Positions 1 to 9,046 of a stretch of 64,000 bases of DNA are shown here, piece by piece. The position numbers and the translations under genes are program-made. Within the stretch, counting starts at the first letter, position 1. Each line of letters starts with the position of its first letter. A model generated the notes under the pieces. That model did no database searches. It saw only the letters and a list, made by a program, of their open reading frames with translations, and was not told where the DNA came from. Origin of the DNA: a virus; IMG/VR virus record IMGVR_UViG_3300035438_001811, positions 5,633 through 69,632 of that record; one strand, given 5' to 3'.

Positions 1-174
1 TTGGTTTAGGCACATATTCTATATAAACGAATTTACAGCGATTCTAGCATCAACGCGCCCCTTGATGGCGATATCGCTAGATTACTGATATTAAAAAGTG
101 ATAAAATATTAATGGCGATCGCGTATTCCACTACCGACCGCCGATCAACCTTATACTTAACAACGCAGGTCAAT

Positions 175-1002
175 ATGACAAGTTTAACTCAATTTGCATT
201 CAATTCTCAACAGGTTCGCATCGTTTCAATTAATAACGAGCCTTGGTTTGTAGCTACAGATGTATGTGAGATTTTAGATATAAGGAATGTTAGCAAAGCT
301 TGCAACCCTCTCAAAGATCGCGAAAAGCAAGTTTTGAACTTGTACGAGATGGGTATAACTTCAAGTGATGATCCAGACACCACAAGGCTTTTAGCAGTTT
401 CCGAATCTGGCTTGTATCGCTTGACCATGAAGTCTCGTAAACCTCAAGCCGAACCTTTTCAGGATTGGGTATGTGAAGAGATTTTGCCCACAATCCGCAA
501 GACTGGCAAATATGAAATTGCTCCTACTCAACCCGCAATCCCTCAAACCTTATCAGAGGCTTTGCGGTTCGCCGCCGATCTTGAGGATCAGAAACAAAAG
601 CTCTTAGAAGCTAACCAAACATTGCAAGATGAGATCCAAGTTTTGGAGCCGAAAGCGATCATCTATGACACCGTGATGGATTCTGACACATGGCTCGATA
701 TTCGAGAGCTTCACAAGTGCCTTGCAATTCCCAAATATAGAGAGAAGGATTTCCGCGCTTTCCTATGTCACAAAGATGTCAAGATTTTGAGTAAGGAAAC
801 CAGTCAACCTTATAGCACTTGGATTCATGGCGGATTGGCTAAACTAACGCCTGTGACTCTACCGACTGGCAACATTTACCATAAACCCGTATTTAGCTGG
901 AAGGGATGCGAGAAAATAATCAATGCTTTGCGAGGTCATGGCGTGATCATGAGTAATCACCAAATCGATCTGAATCTTGGGTTTAAGGTTGTTAAGAGTT
1001 AA
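175..1002 (+). CDS. Phage antirepressor: Bro-N domain plus ANT/KilAC-like C-terminal domain
   Basis: Bro-N motifs (EPWFVATDVC, VSESGLYRL, FQDWVCEEILPTIRKTGKY). Start placed at ATG 175 because AGGTCAATATGACAAGTTTA is shared with the paralog starting at 63788. Confidence 0.85.
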   Translation: MTSLTQFAFNSQQVRIVSINNEPWFVATDVCEILDIRNVSKACNPLKDREKQVLNLYEMGITSSDDPDTTRLLAVSESGLYRLTMKSRKPQAEPFQDWVCEEILPTIRKTGKYEIAPTQPAIPQTLSEALRFAADLEDQKQKLLEANQTLQDEIQVLEPKAIIYDTVMDSDTWLDIRELHKCLAIPKYREKDFRAFLCHKDVKILSKETSQPYSTWIHGGLAKLTPVTLPTGNIYHKPVFSWKGCEKIINALRGHGVIMSNHQIDLNLGFKVVKS

Positions 1003-1327
1003 GCCCAAAAATGGATGTGGTTAAGCTGATTATCCACATCCATTTAATTTTATTTGACCACCAAGCCGCAGACAATTTACCCTTAGCGATATTCTTAGCG
1101 TGACGGGTTTTAAAGTCTTTGCGTTGCTGAGTAACCGATTCGGGTTCGCCTTTTTTATATTTACCTGCTGTATCCGCACCTTGTTCACCAAATCTGATCA
1201 ACTTAACTTTGTCGCCTTCTTTTGCAACAACTACATGGGACTTAGTAGGATGCTTAGGAGTGCGCTTTGGTTTGTTATAGCCTTCTACTCCAGCTTTAGC
1301 AAGGCGAGGATCTTTCTTAGCTGCCAT
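992..1327 (-). CDS. Conserved basic phage hypothetical protein
   Basis: KDPRL..GV.GYNKPKRTP.HPTKSHVVVAKEG..IRFG.QG resembles a widespread aquatic phage family; function unknown. Confidence 0.6.
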   Translation of the reverse strand: MAAKKDPRLAKAGVEGYNKPKRTPKHPTKSHVVVAKEGDKVKLIRFGEQGADTAGKYKKGEPESVTQQRKDFKTRHAKNIAKGKLSAAWWSNKIKWMWIISLTTSIFGLNS

Positions 1328-1376
1328 AATTTTGTGAGTGTAATTTTGCTAATAGTTTACCAAAAGTGAAATACTT

Positions 1377-2087
1377 TTACTCCACCCATTCCCATTTCAT
1401 TCCAGCACTTTTACCGCCTCTAGCGATCGCTTGAGATATACAACGATGTGCAACAAAATTAGCCCTAGCAGCTTCCTTTACGCCAGAATAAACTCTAATA
1501 CCATCAGGGGCGTAACAACGCACAGCACGGCGAAAACCTCTAGTTGATGGCTCTGAGTTTTTGACTTGCTGTACTAAGTTTTCATCTTCTAGAAGCCAGA
1601 ACAAGTTATCACGATCGCAGTTAGCAAAATGCGAGGGATTATTCAGGACTAAGGCGATCGCGTCTTTACGTTTAACTGCGTTCTGATTGTGGGCAATTTT
1701 GCGGAATTGTAATTTGCCGCTGCGAACAAATAAGCGTATTCTGTCCAATGGTACGCCTAACCCTCTCGAAAGTTCGTACACAGTAAAATTATCTTCAGTG
1801 CATTTGCGGCTTAAGGGGGAATTAGATGTCATGCGATGGATTTGAACTTCTATCGCAGTATCTGTCCGTTCTGGGTAGCCTTGTTTTTTAGACCATTTCT
1901 TAAAGGATTTAACCAATACAGGAAAAGGTAAAACACCAAGATTATTTTCAAGATATTCGATCTCTTCTTGTTTCCATGCTGATCCGCCTTTTTTCTCCGT
2001 AGAAAACTTTGCTGCACATGATCTAGTACAGCAAAGCCGTTTTGTTTTGGCTTCAAATTCTTTCTTGCAAAATATACAATTTTTCAT
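1377..2087 (-). CDS. DNA-binding protein with N-terminal Cys cluster and C-terminal NUMOD1-like motif
   Basis: CxxC..CC...C at N-terminus; C-terminal VYSGVKEAARA..ISQAI..GKSAGMKWEW. Confidence 0.55.
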   Translation of the reverse strand: MKNCIFCKKEFEAKTKRLCCTRSCAAKFSTEKKGGSAWKQEEIEYLENNLGVLPFPVLVKSFKKWSKKQGYPERTDTAIEVQIHRMTSNSPLSRKCTEDNFTVYELSRGLGVPLDRIRLFVRSGKLQFRKIAHNQNAVKRKDAIALVLNNPSHFANCDRDNLFWLLEDENLVQQVKNSEPSTRGFRRAVRCYAPDGIRVYSGVKEAARANFVAHRCISQAIARGGKSAGMKWEWVE

Positions 2088-2438
2088 AGTTACTGTCTGC
2101 CATATCTTACTCTGATACTTTTACAACATAGCTAACCAAATCTAGCAAGCGATTACCACGCTTAGCAGCTTACGCTCTTGATTTGATTAGGAGATACCTT
2201 TAAGAAAGTTGCGATTTGTGCAGTGGTGTTTGCGGTAGTCATTTGCTTGCCTTCGTTTGCTTTACCTCTTAAATATAGCAGTATAGTACTAGAGTGTCTA
2301 GTGGTTTGTAATATTTGTTTACAATTATAGATAAGCAGCAAAAAAAGCGATCGCCATCCATCTGAAACTCAGGACAGCGATCGCATTCAAGACAAATAAG
2401 TAAAGGAGTAAACACGACCAAGCGGATCTACCCTGTGA

Positions 2439-2725
2439 TTATCGCATATTTCGCAATCTCTCAATCAAAATCAAATTACGAGCATTCTCAAAATTCACAC
2501 GCCGCCTATTATCTCGCACTTCACGCGATTCCGTTTGTTTCTCCACAGGCTTTTGCTCTTGCACTGCGATGATTTGCTGAACACCTGTACCAGCTAAGTG
2601 ATTGAGATTGTAGACAACGCCGCGCCATTCGATAAAGTTAGCTGGATAGTTAATCGGCTCGTTTGCGATCACGGGGGGGATGGGATGGCAAAAAGTAGTA
2701 GGGGGAGTAGTAGGTATTTTTTCAT
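2439..2725 (-). pseudogene. Small secreted protein frameshifted in a poly-G/C tract
   Basis: ATG 2725 encodes signal peptide MKKYLLLPLLLFAIPSPP, then TGA. The G7 run at 2673-2679 puts it out of frame with ORF 2439-2672. Confidence 0.6.
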
Positions 2726-2778
2726 GGGTTTATGATAAATTAATTAAGCAATGTTTTTTTAGATATTGCATACAATTA

Positions 2779-2876
2779 TCGAGAGTAGCGAAGTGGTATC
2801 GCAGCCGTACTGTAGGGTAAAACCGACCAGTGTACATATTAGGCGGATGACGTAGGTTCGATTCCTACCTCTTGAA
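2779..2876 (+). tRNA. tRNA-like RNA with enlarged anticodon arm (possible tRNA-Tyr(GTA) with ~25-nt insertion)
   Basis: Acceptor TCGAGAG/CTCTTGA, D arm GCGA-AGTGGTA-TCGC, T arm GTAGG-TTCGATT-CCTAC; 98 nt in total. Confidence 0.7.
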
Positions 2877-3287
2877 TTATGCATTCACTCCTTTGAAAGC
2901 TCCGATTACAAATTGAAAATTACTAGGCACAAACGGATGCGCCATCGGTACAGCGCGCAAAAGTCCAACACGCTTACCGCCCAAATCTAACTCACAGCGC
3001 ACATTATTAAACGACGCGAAATTAGCGGGTAAACATTTGGGAGCTTGAATCCAGATTTTGATCGGTGTTTCCTCTACACTAGCGCCGATCGTTTCAAGTA
3101 GTTGAGGATTGCTTTCACGCACTGCCCAGCCCTCTATCATCGTTGTATCGCTGTCAATAATCGGATTGCCTAGCGCGTTAACCGTGCCTGTATCTACGCT
3201 ATTCCGTACCCAAAACGTGCAGTTAAATTGGTAACTACCATCGGTGTTTTTGGGCGCAAATGGGGGGATGAGGTTAGGGAGTGGCAT
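2877..3287 (-). CDS. Putative head-tail joining/closure protein
   Basis: Size, the motif VNALGNPI and position next to a virion morphogenesis gene; inference only. Confidence 0.4.
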   Translation of the reverse strand: MPLPNLIPPFAPKNTDGSYQFNCTFWVRNSVDTGTVNALGNPIIDSDTTMIEGWAVRESNPQLLETIGASVEETPIKIWIQAPKCLPANFASFNNVRCELDLGGKRVGLLRAVPMAHPFVPSNFQFVIGAFKGVNA

Positions 3288-3471
3288 GATATCTCTCTTT
3301 CTTAAATCTTGGAGGCTCGTAGCTTTCGCACAAATTCCGATACCGTTCAGCAGGTGTTGTTAGGTGCGCTAATTCTGGAAAAGTTGAGGGATGACGACTC
3401 ATAAATTTAGACTGAGTGTCTCGCAAATGATTGTAAAACTCTAACTGATCAGGTGTCATTTTACCCATATG

Positions 3472-3888
3472 TTACTTACCCTTCAAATGCTTGCTTAACT
3501 CAATTTTAGCACGTTCTTTCGTCTCTGGACTCATCCCCAAAAACCGCCTAGCCTCATTCGCGTATGCAAAGTACTTTTTAGCGTCTCCCACAACGCTGAT
3601 CCGATAGCTCCGACCATCGCTCGATATTACGCTGATACCCTTACGCATCGCATCAGTACGACGCAAAATCGTAAGGAATGCCCCGATCATCTTCTTATGG
3701 GCAATGTACTTACTAGAGAGTGTTTTCCATGCCGCGCCCGTATCAGGATCGCCACCCTCACGGATGATGTTGTCCTGTAGTGCAACCACATGATCCGCGC
3801 TGACAGTCTTTATCACAGGCTCTATGTTTTGCAGCTTGGATAGGAGCTTAGCGGCGATCGGTGTGTTGGGTTGGGTGAATTTGAGCAT
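3472..3888 (-). CDS. Phage virion morphogenesis / tail completion protein (Mu gpG / P2 gpS-like)
   Basis: GGDPDTGAAWKTLS..Y...K...ILRRTDAMR..I and C-terminal RRFLGMS. Confidence 0.7.
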   Translation of the reverse strand: MLKFTQPNTPIAAKLLSKLQNIEPVIKTVSADHVVALQDNIIREGGDPDTGAAWKTLSSKYIAHKKMIGAFLTILRRTDAMRKGISVISSDGRSYRISVVGDAKKYFAYANEARRFLGMSPETKERAKIELSKHLKGK

Positions 3889-4193
3889 GATGGCAACAAA
3901 AAAGCGCTTACGGGTATTGTAAGCGCTTTTTGCTTTGGGCTACAGGACTTGTACGAGCAGCCCTGTTTTTATATGCTTAATAATATTCGATTCCATCAGA
4001 TTTCCATCCCAGTCAAAAACGTTCCATCCGTCGCCAGTCAGCTCTTTAAGCTGGTTGTTTAATGGGTTAGCTGTCGTTGCTATTACGGTAATCATTTTAG
4101 GTGCAGAGTTTGCGGTTTCCATCGTGTTACTTTCTTTTGTTTACTAAATCCATGAGAGGGGCGCTACTCCCTCTCGTTTGCGCGGGGTGGTGG

Positions 4194-4397
4194 TTATCTG
4201 TTGGACTTTTTTGCTTCTAGCTCGTTTTGTTTAGCAATCAATGGAGTTTGAAACTGGCAAGATTTCATGAAATAAGTTTTATTCCCCATCTTGCCTCTTA
4301 GTTCCCATTCTTTTTTACTTTCGTTGTAGCAAACAATATAGTTGGCGGTTTCAGTTGACTCGGTAAGTTTTTTTAGTCTTTCTTGTGTAGTAGTCAT
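4194..4397 (-). CDS. Hypothetical cassette gene
   Basis: ORF directly downstream of promoter 4435-4464. Confidence 0.55.
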   Translation of the reverse strand: MTTTQERLKKLTESTETANYIVCYNESKKEWELRGKMGNKTYFMKSCQFQTPLIAKQNELEAKKSNR

Positions 4398-4434
4398 CGC
4401 CTTGCCGTTCCGTTGCTTTATTTGGTATATATGT

Positions 4435-4464
4435 AATATAGCACCACTACAAAACATCTGTCAA
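4435..4464 (-). promoter_or_regulatory. Sigma70-type promoter TTGACA-N18-TATATT
   Basis: Near-consensus boxes; spacer shares TAGTGRTG with the promoters at 5359 and 6388. Confidence 0.75.
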
Positions 4465-4469
4465 TACAT

Positions 4470-4751
4470 TCACTTAACTTTTTTCTTCCTACTCTTCTTG
4501 GGCTTATTCCTTTGCGTTTCGCGGTACTTTTCAGGATTATTCTCACGATACCGCTTGTCAATTTCGGCTCTAGTCATAGCGCGATCGCCAATCGCAGGAC
4601 GACCAACGGGGCGATCGCTGTCATTGCAGACGTAGTTGGGTTTATGCCGTCTGCACCTGTACTCACGTGCCCCTGACGGCAGGGTTTGGTTAAACGTGGT
4701 AAATGCTCCGCACGTTTCACAGATTGGATTTAGTGGATTAGGTACTGGCAT
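4470..4751 (-). CDS. InsA-like Zn-ribbon plus basic helix protein (paralog family A)
   Basis: CxxC...PSGAREYRC..DSDRP.GRP.IGD.AMT.AE...RYR; paralogs at 5421 and 30824. Confidence 0.7.
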   Translation of the reverse strand: MPVPNPLNPICETCGAFTTFNQTLPSGAREYRCRRHKPNYVCNDSDRPVGRPAIGDRAMTRAEIDKRYRENNPEKYRETQRNKPKKSRKKKVK

Positions 4752-5358
4752 AGCTAAAGCGACTCCGCAAACTCTCTAATGGCGATTGCATTGCTTTTGA
4801 TAAATTCTTTTAATAATGCAATTTCGGATATTGATGAAATCGAATGCCGACCAGTCGCCACATTAACTGGAAACGATGGCATCCATACGCACTCAAACCA
4901 GCAGACAGTGCCATCAATCATCCCTAGCCCAACGTTAGCAATAAATTTACTGTTTTCCTTATAGGCGCTTTGGATTGCTACTTTTACTTTAGGATCGTCG
5001 CCAATCATCGATTCATTATTCTTCATTTTTATCTACCTCTCACTCTACGAGCCGTTGTCATTTCGCCACCTGTGATAAGTGGCTTAGCATTCTGCACTTC
5101 ATCAAAATAGCTAATGCAGTCACCATCTTCAAAGTCTACAGTCACGGTCACAATCTCTGTGAAGTAGAACTCAAAGCCATCTGCTTGGCTGCCTGAGTAC
5201 TCAAAACTTTTGACATTGGGAGATAAGCTTCTAGCCAGTGCGATCGCCGCTTTCTTGTCAGCTAGATCGGGGTGAGTTTCTGAGTCCCATGCGTGGTTAA
5301 AGTAGCAGTTAATTTGTGTTTGCATTGTCGTTTACTCCTTTGTTTTGTCTATATGAGT

Positions 5359-5388
5359 AATATACCATCACTAGACGAAAGGTGTCAA
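5359..5388 (-). promoter_or_regulatory. Sigma70-type promoter TTGACA-N18-TATATT
   Basis: Upstream of an AAGGAG RBS and ORF 5029-5325. Confidence 0.8.
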
Positions 5389-5420
5389 GATATTCGTAAT
5401 ATTTGTTTACAATTAGCTAT

Positions 5421-5690
5421 TTATCCTTTAGTTTTTGGCTTATACCCATGCACTTCCTTATATTTTTCAGGATGTGCCAAGCGATACCGCAAATCATACT
5501 CAGCTTGGCTCATAGGCTCAGTACCTATCGTTTGACCGCCACGTTTGCGATCGCTGTCAGTCATGGTTACGGTTTTCCCTTCAGGTGTGAGACAACCACG
5601 CCTACAGCGATATTGTCGCGCCCCTGATGGTTTTTCACCGTTAAAGCACATCGGTTTATGGCAGTAGGGGCAGTCTGGACGGTTACTCAT
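5421..5690 (-). CDS. InsA-like Zn-ribbon plus basic helix protein (paralog family A)
   Basis: CPYC...NGEKPSGARQYRC...TDSDR...IG.EPMSQAE...RYR. Confidence 0.7.
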   Translation of the reverse strand: MSNRPDCPYCHKPMCFNGEKPSGARQYRCRRGCLTPEGKTVTMTDSDRKRGGQTIGTEPMSQAEYDLRYRLAHPEKYKEVHGYKPKTKG

Positions 5691-5975
5691 GGTTTAGTAA
5701 TTCCTTTAACTCGCTTACTGTTTCCAATGCGTGCCAAATACCTTCAGACTGCCATGAGTACTCGTACCCCTGATCAGTCATGCGTACAGATAAAATGTCG
5801 TCTTCCCACAAATCAAAAATGTACTCTTCGCCGATCTTGCCATCAACCTTATCAGGGTATAGCTCGGCATAGCGTTGTAGGAACGCTTGGATCATGAATA
5901 ATTTTTGCATCGTCGTTACCTTTGTGAATGTTGATTGAGAGAGGGGCGGTTAAGCCCCTATGATGTGTGTGGTGT

Positions 5976-6350
5976 TTAAGAAACTTTTGAAGCCATTCTC
6001 GCTCTAGTCTGCGCCGCTGCGATTTTATTCCTTGCTTTTCTCGCTTTTTCGCCTCTTGATTTTTCGATCTGCTTTTCCATTTTTTCTCTACCAATCATTC
6101 GCAGGGACTCACGAACCATTGGGCATTGTGTTTTTGCCCATGTCGTCTCTTTGACTCTCAAAGGTTCTACACCTGACGCATACTCATCATAAGAGTTGTA
6201 TTCTCTAATTTCAGTAATTCTTCGGCGATATCCATCTCTTGCAGAATCGCGGTTATCCTCTTCAGCCATAATCCACATTTTGAAAAATTCAAAATTATCA
6301 GAACCAAGGAATACTGATCCGTTGTTTAACATTGCTACTGTGTAAGTCAT
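5976..6350 (-). CDS. Hypothetical cassette gene
   Basis: AAGGAG RBS and promoter 6388-6417 upstream. Confidence 0.6.
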   Translation of the reverse strand: MTYTVAMLNNGSVFLGSDNFEFFKMWIMAEEDNRDSARDGYRRRITEIREYNSYDEYASGVEPLRVKETTWAKTQCPMVRESLRMIGREKMEKQIEKSRGEKARKARNKIAAAQTRARMASKVS

Positions 6351-6387
6351 TGCCTTGTCGCTCCTTTGTTGCTTGCTTTCTGTACTA

Positions 6388-6417
6388 AAGATATCATCAC
6401 TAAACGAAAGATGTCAA
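6388..6417 (-). promoter_or_regulatory. Sigma70-type promoter TTGACA-N18-TATCTT
   Basis: Spacer TCTTTCGTTTAGTGATGA is nearly identical to that at 5359-5388. Confidence 0.75.
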
Positions 6418-6451
6418 CAGGGTAAGCAAACTATTTACATTTCGTTACAAA

Positions 6452-6964
6452 CTACAAATAACCCGCATAATCAAACTCAAAAATAATGCTATCCAGTAGC
6501 GGCGCTTGTTCTGGCTTTGTCGATGGCGGTGGTAATTGCTTGTATAGACTCAATAGCTTGGATACTTTCGCCGCTGCTAGTGACAAACCCTCTGATAGAT
6601 TTTCTTCAGTAATCGCAGTCAAACCAGCAACCGATCTAAAAGCATTGATTTGCGCCAAAGTAAAATTGTCGATATTGCCATGATCCTTAAGCAATACCCA
6701 TGACTTAGCCCGAAAATCTACTTCTGAGTTAAGCATAGGTGCGAAGCTATCAAGTACCCTATGTCGATAAATCACGATCTCAACGCCTTGATACAGTACT
6801 GGACTGCCGTTAATTATTGAGGGGAATGAAAGTCCAGCGTCTTCCAGTGCGGGATCTGGCAGCATTAAAATACTTGGCTGCACTGTCGCCCCGAAATAGC
6901 GAATACCAAGCAGATCGGGAATAGCAGCGAGTATGGCTGTTCTGATTTCAAGCGGTGTTTTCAC
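6452..6964 (-). CDS. Hypothetical, possible tail terminator-like structural protein
   Basis: 170-aa ORF on the same strand as the other head-tail genes; function is inference. Confidence 0.35.
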   Translation of the reverse strand: MKTPLEIRTAILAAIPDLLGIRYFGATVQPSILMLPDPALEDAGLSFPSIINGSPVLYQGVEIVIYRHRVLDSFAPMLNSEVDFRAKSWVLLKDHGNIDNFTLAQINAFRSVAGLTAITEENLSEGLSLAAAKVSKLLSLYKQLPPPSTKPEQAPLLDSIIFEFDYAGYL

Positions 6965-7543
6965 GATGGCAACCGATAAAGCTTTGTGCTAATATTGTAA
7001 ACGCGATCGCTCCTAAGCCTGAGATTTACGCACCGTGTAGATTGTTGATGGCAGTGGATAAAGCGATCGCATTAACCGAGAGTAGCAAAGTGGTAATGCA
7101 CCCAGAGTTGATCTGGGGAGTCAGTAGGTTCAACCATGCTCTGTCTTGTTTACTCCTACTTTTAATCTTCATCAGCTTCAAATACTCCCTACCATCAGGA
7201 TATGCTCGTTGATCTGGGATGACTTTTTTGTATTCATTTGATTTGCCTCTTTTTGTATTCAATACAATCACTAAGCCAAGCTTTTGATGATGACAACAAC
7301 GCCTTTTTTAATTTTATTGTTGGTTCAACCCCTTGTTCTTTTAATTGTTGAATAGCATTTTTAACAATAGAATATTTATGGCTAGACGTTAACCCGTTTA
7401 TCGAGGCTTGGCTTTCAGCAAGTTTAATCAACTTGTTTATTTCCCTCTTCTTTAAAGCTTTTTTAACTTCAACCTTCTTTAAGCAACTAAACATGATTAT
7501 CGAAATACCTTCTTTTAAGCACTACGGAATTATTTATCGTTAT

Positions 7544-7645
7544 ACTGTACCTTTACCAAGTATCGCGTTACATTCACAGCATTCATAATCTTTGCGCCCT
7601 TTAACCATCCGCATGGTTTTGCATCTGCAAGCGCCTTTTAGCGGT
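7544..7645. repeat. ~100-bp near-identical copy of 11537-11638 (5' part of ORF 11248-11649)
   Basis: AAGTATCGCGTTACATTCACAGCATTCATAATCTTTGCGCCCTTT occurs at both loci. Confidence 0.9.
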
Positions 7646-7711
7646 GTGGAGAAGTGGCATCTCGTGGGTCTCATAATCCCAAGAACACTGGTTCGATTCC
7701 AGTCACCGCCA
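7640..7711 (+). tRNA. tRNA-Met(CAT) (CAU anticodon; Met or Ile2 identity not resolved)
   Basis: Cloverleaf: GCGGTG/CACCGC acceptor, loop CTCATAA, T arm ACTGG-TTCGATT-CCAGT; A1:C72 mismatch; no encoded CCA. Confidence 0.85.
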
Positions 7712-7713
7712 TA

Positions 7714-8307
7714 TTAAGCCACACAATGCGCGATCGCTTTCTGAGTCTTGGCTAACTCCTTCTTAAGCTTATCCACTTTCTTAGTCCCAGCCTTTGACCA
7801 CTTAAGCTCGGCAACAATATCAGCAATCCTAGCGGCGCGATGTTCGCCAAGTGTGGCGATGAGTGAGGCTTTGTCGATTAAGTATGGTTCATAACCCCAT
7901 CGCATTACGACGCTGCTATATAGCGATGATTGAGCCATTAAATCAATCGTAATCACAATAGTATCCGCAAAAACAGGTTCAGGCGCTTTGCATTGCGAGT
8001 AAACAAAATGAAATAAATCCTGATTGCCGTCATCAAATTTTTGTCCAAAGTACTGAGATAAGCTATCAATCAAGCCATCTCTCACAGGCTTAAATGCGAT
8101 CGCTAAGCCGTCATCATCCATTGGTCTATTAGCAGCCGCAAAGCGATGGAAGTGAATGCGTAACTGTGATTTAGTATCCCAATCAAAAGCAGACTCAATC
8201 GCGCCGCCTTGCTTAAGTGATTGCTTTTCTTTAAGGTGTAGTATCCAGTTGCCACGCCCGTTACTTGTGTTTTTGGGCGGTTCATCAATGATGTATTGGA
8301 TTAGCAT
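7714..8307 (-). CDS. rusA: RusA-like Holliday junction resolvase
   Basis: R.MDDDGL...FKPVRDGL...FDD catalytic pattern. Confidence 0.65.
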   Translation of the reverse strand: MLIQYIIDEPPKNTSNGRGNWILHLKEKQSLKQGGAIESAFDWDTKSQLRIHFHRFAAANRPMDDDGLAIAFKPVRDGLIDSLSQYFGQKFDDGNQDLFHFVYSQCKAPEPVFADTIVITIDLMAQSSLYSSVVMRWGYEPYLIDKASLIATLGEHRAARIADIVAELKWSKAGTKKVDKLKKELAKTQKAIAHCVA

Positions 8308-8830
8308 TCAAGTATCCTGCGTATTCAGTTACAGTCATTGCATTAGTCATAGTCTTAAAACTCGCAATCATCATATTTGGGGCGGCGCAAATCTTGAATC
8401 TTTTGCTTTACCTCATAGAACCAAATCAGTAAGCGTTGCCAGATAGTAAGGTCAGGGTCAGGTGCTTTAACCTTTACGCAATCATCAGCATTGACATAAT
8501 TACCGCCCTCTAGTTCATCCAAGAACAAGAGCGTTTTGCCATAGCCATAAAAGCAATCAGCGCCATACAGTTCGGCTTCTGTCGTGCATTCAGAGCAGTG
8601 GTATACATTGCCCTTGTATAGGTAATATTCGTTAGTGTTATTCATTGTATGAACTCGCTTTGTCTAAAAACTTTTTTAAATCGTTTAGCGCGGATTCTGG
8701 AGTAGTTCCGTTGTCTCGCCAATTTAGTAATACTTTGATTGGGGCGCGTGTCACTTGACTTATTGTCAAAAGACTTAGCCCCCATTCATCGGCTAAGTCC
8801 CAAAACTCTTCATGTACTTCTGTCAACTTG

Positions 8831-9046
8831 TTAGTGTCGTTGCTCATGATTTCTCTTACTCCTACTTTCAATCTTCTTCAATCTCAAATACTCCCTACCG
8901 TCATCAGTCTTAAGCCAGCAAGCTTGACATATATCTCGCTGCTTGGAATAGACTCGTTTACCGCATAGAGGGCAAATACGCCGCTCTATGTGTGCTGTGC
9001 GTTTGGCGTAGTATTTGCGATCATATTCATTGCTGTTTTTAGTCAT
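8831..9046 (-). CDS. Zn-finger protein (paralog family B)
   Basis: CPLC...ICQACWLKTDDGREYLRLK; paralog at 30050 and fragment near 7150-7200. Confidence 0.7.
   Translation of the reverse strand: MTKNSNEYDRKYYAKRTAHIERRICPLCGKRVYSKQRDICQACWLKTDDGREYLRLKKIESRSKRNHEQRH

Noticed and set aside
5396-5410. NtcA box
   Set aside because: Spacing is GTA-N9-TAC, not the canonical N8.
4470-5690. IS1 elements
   Set aside because: Only InsA-like Zn ribbons; no DDE InsB or terminal inverted repeats seen.
7640-7711. att site / prophage boundary at the tRNA
   Set aside because: Phage-like genes on both sides, and no integrase or duplicated tRNA 3' end seen in the window.
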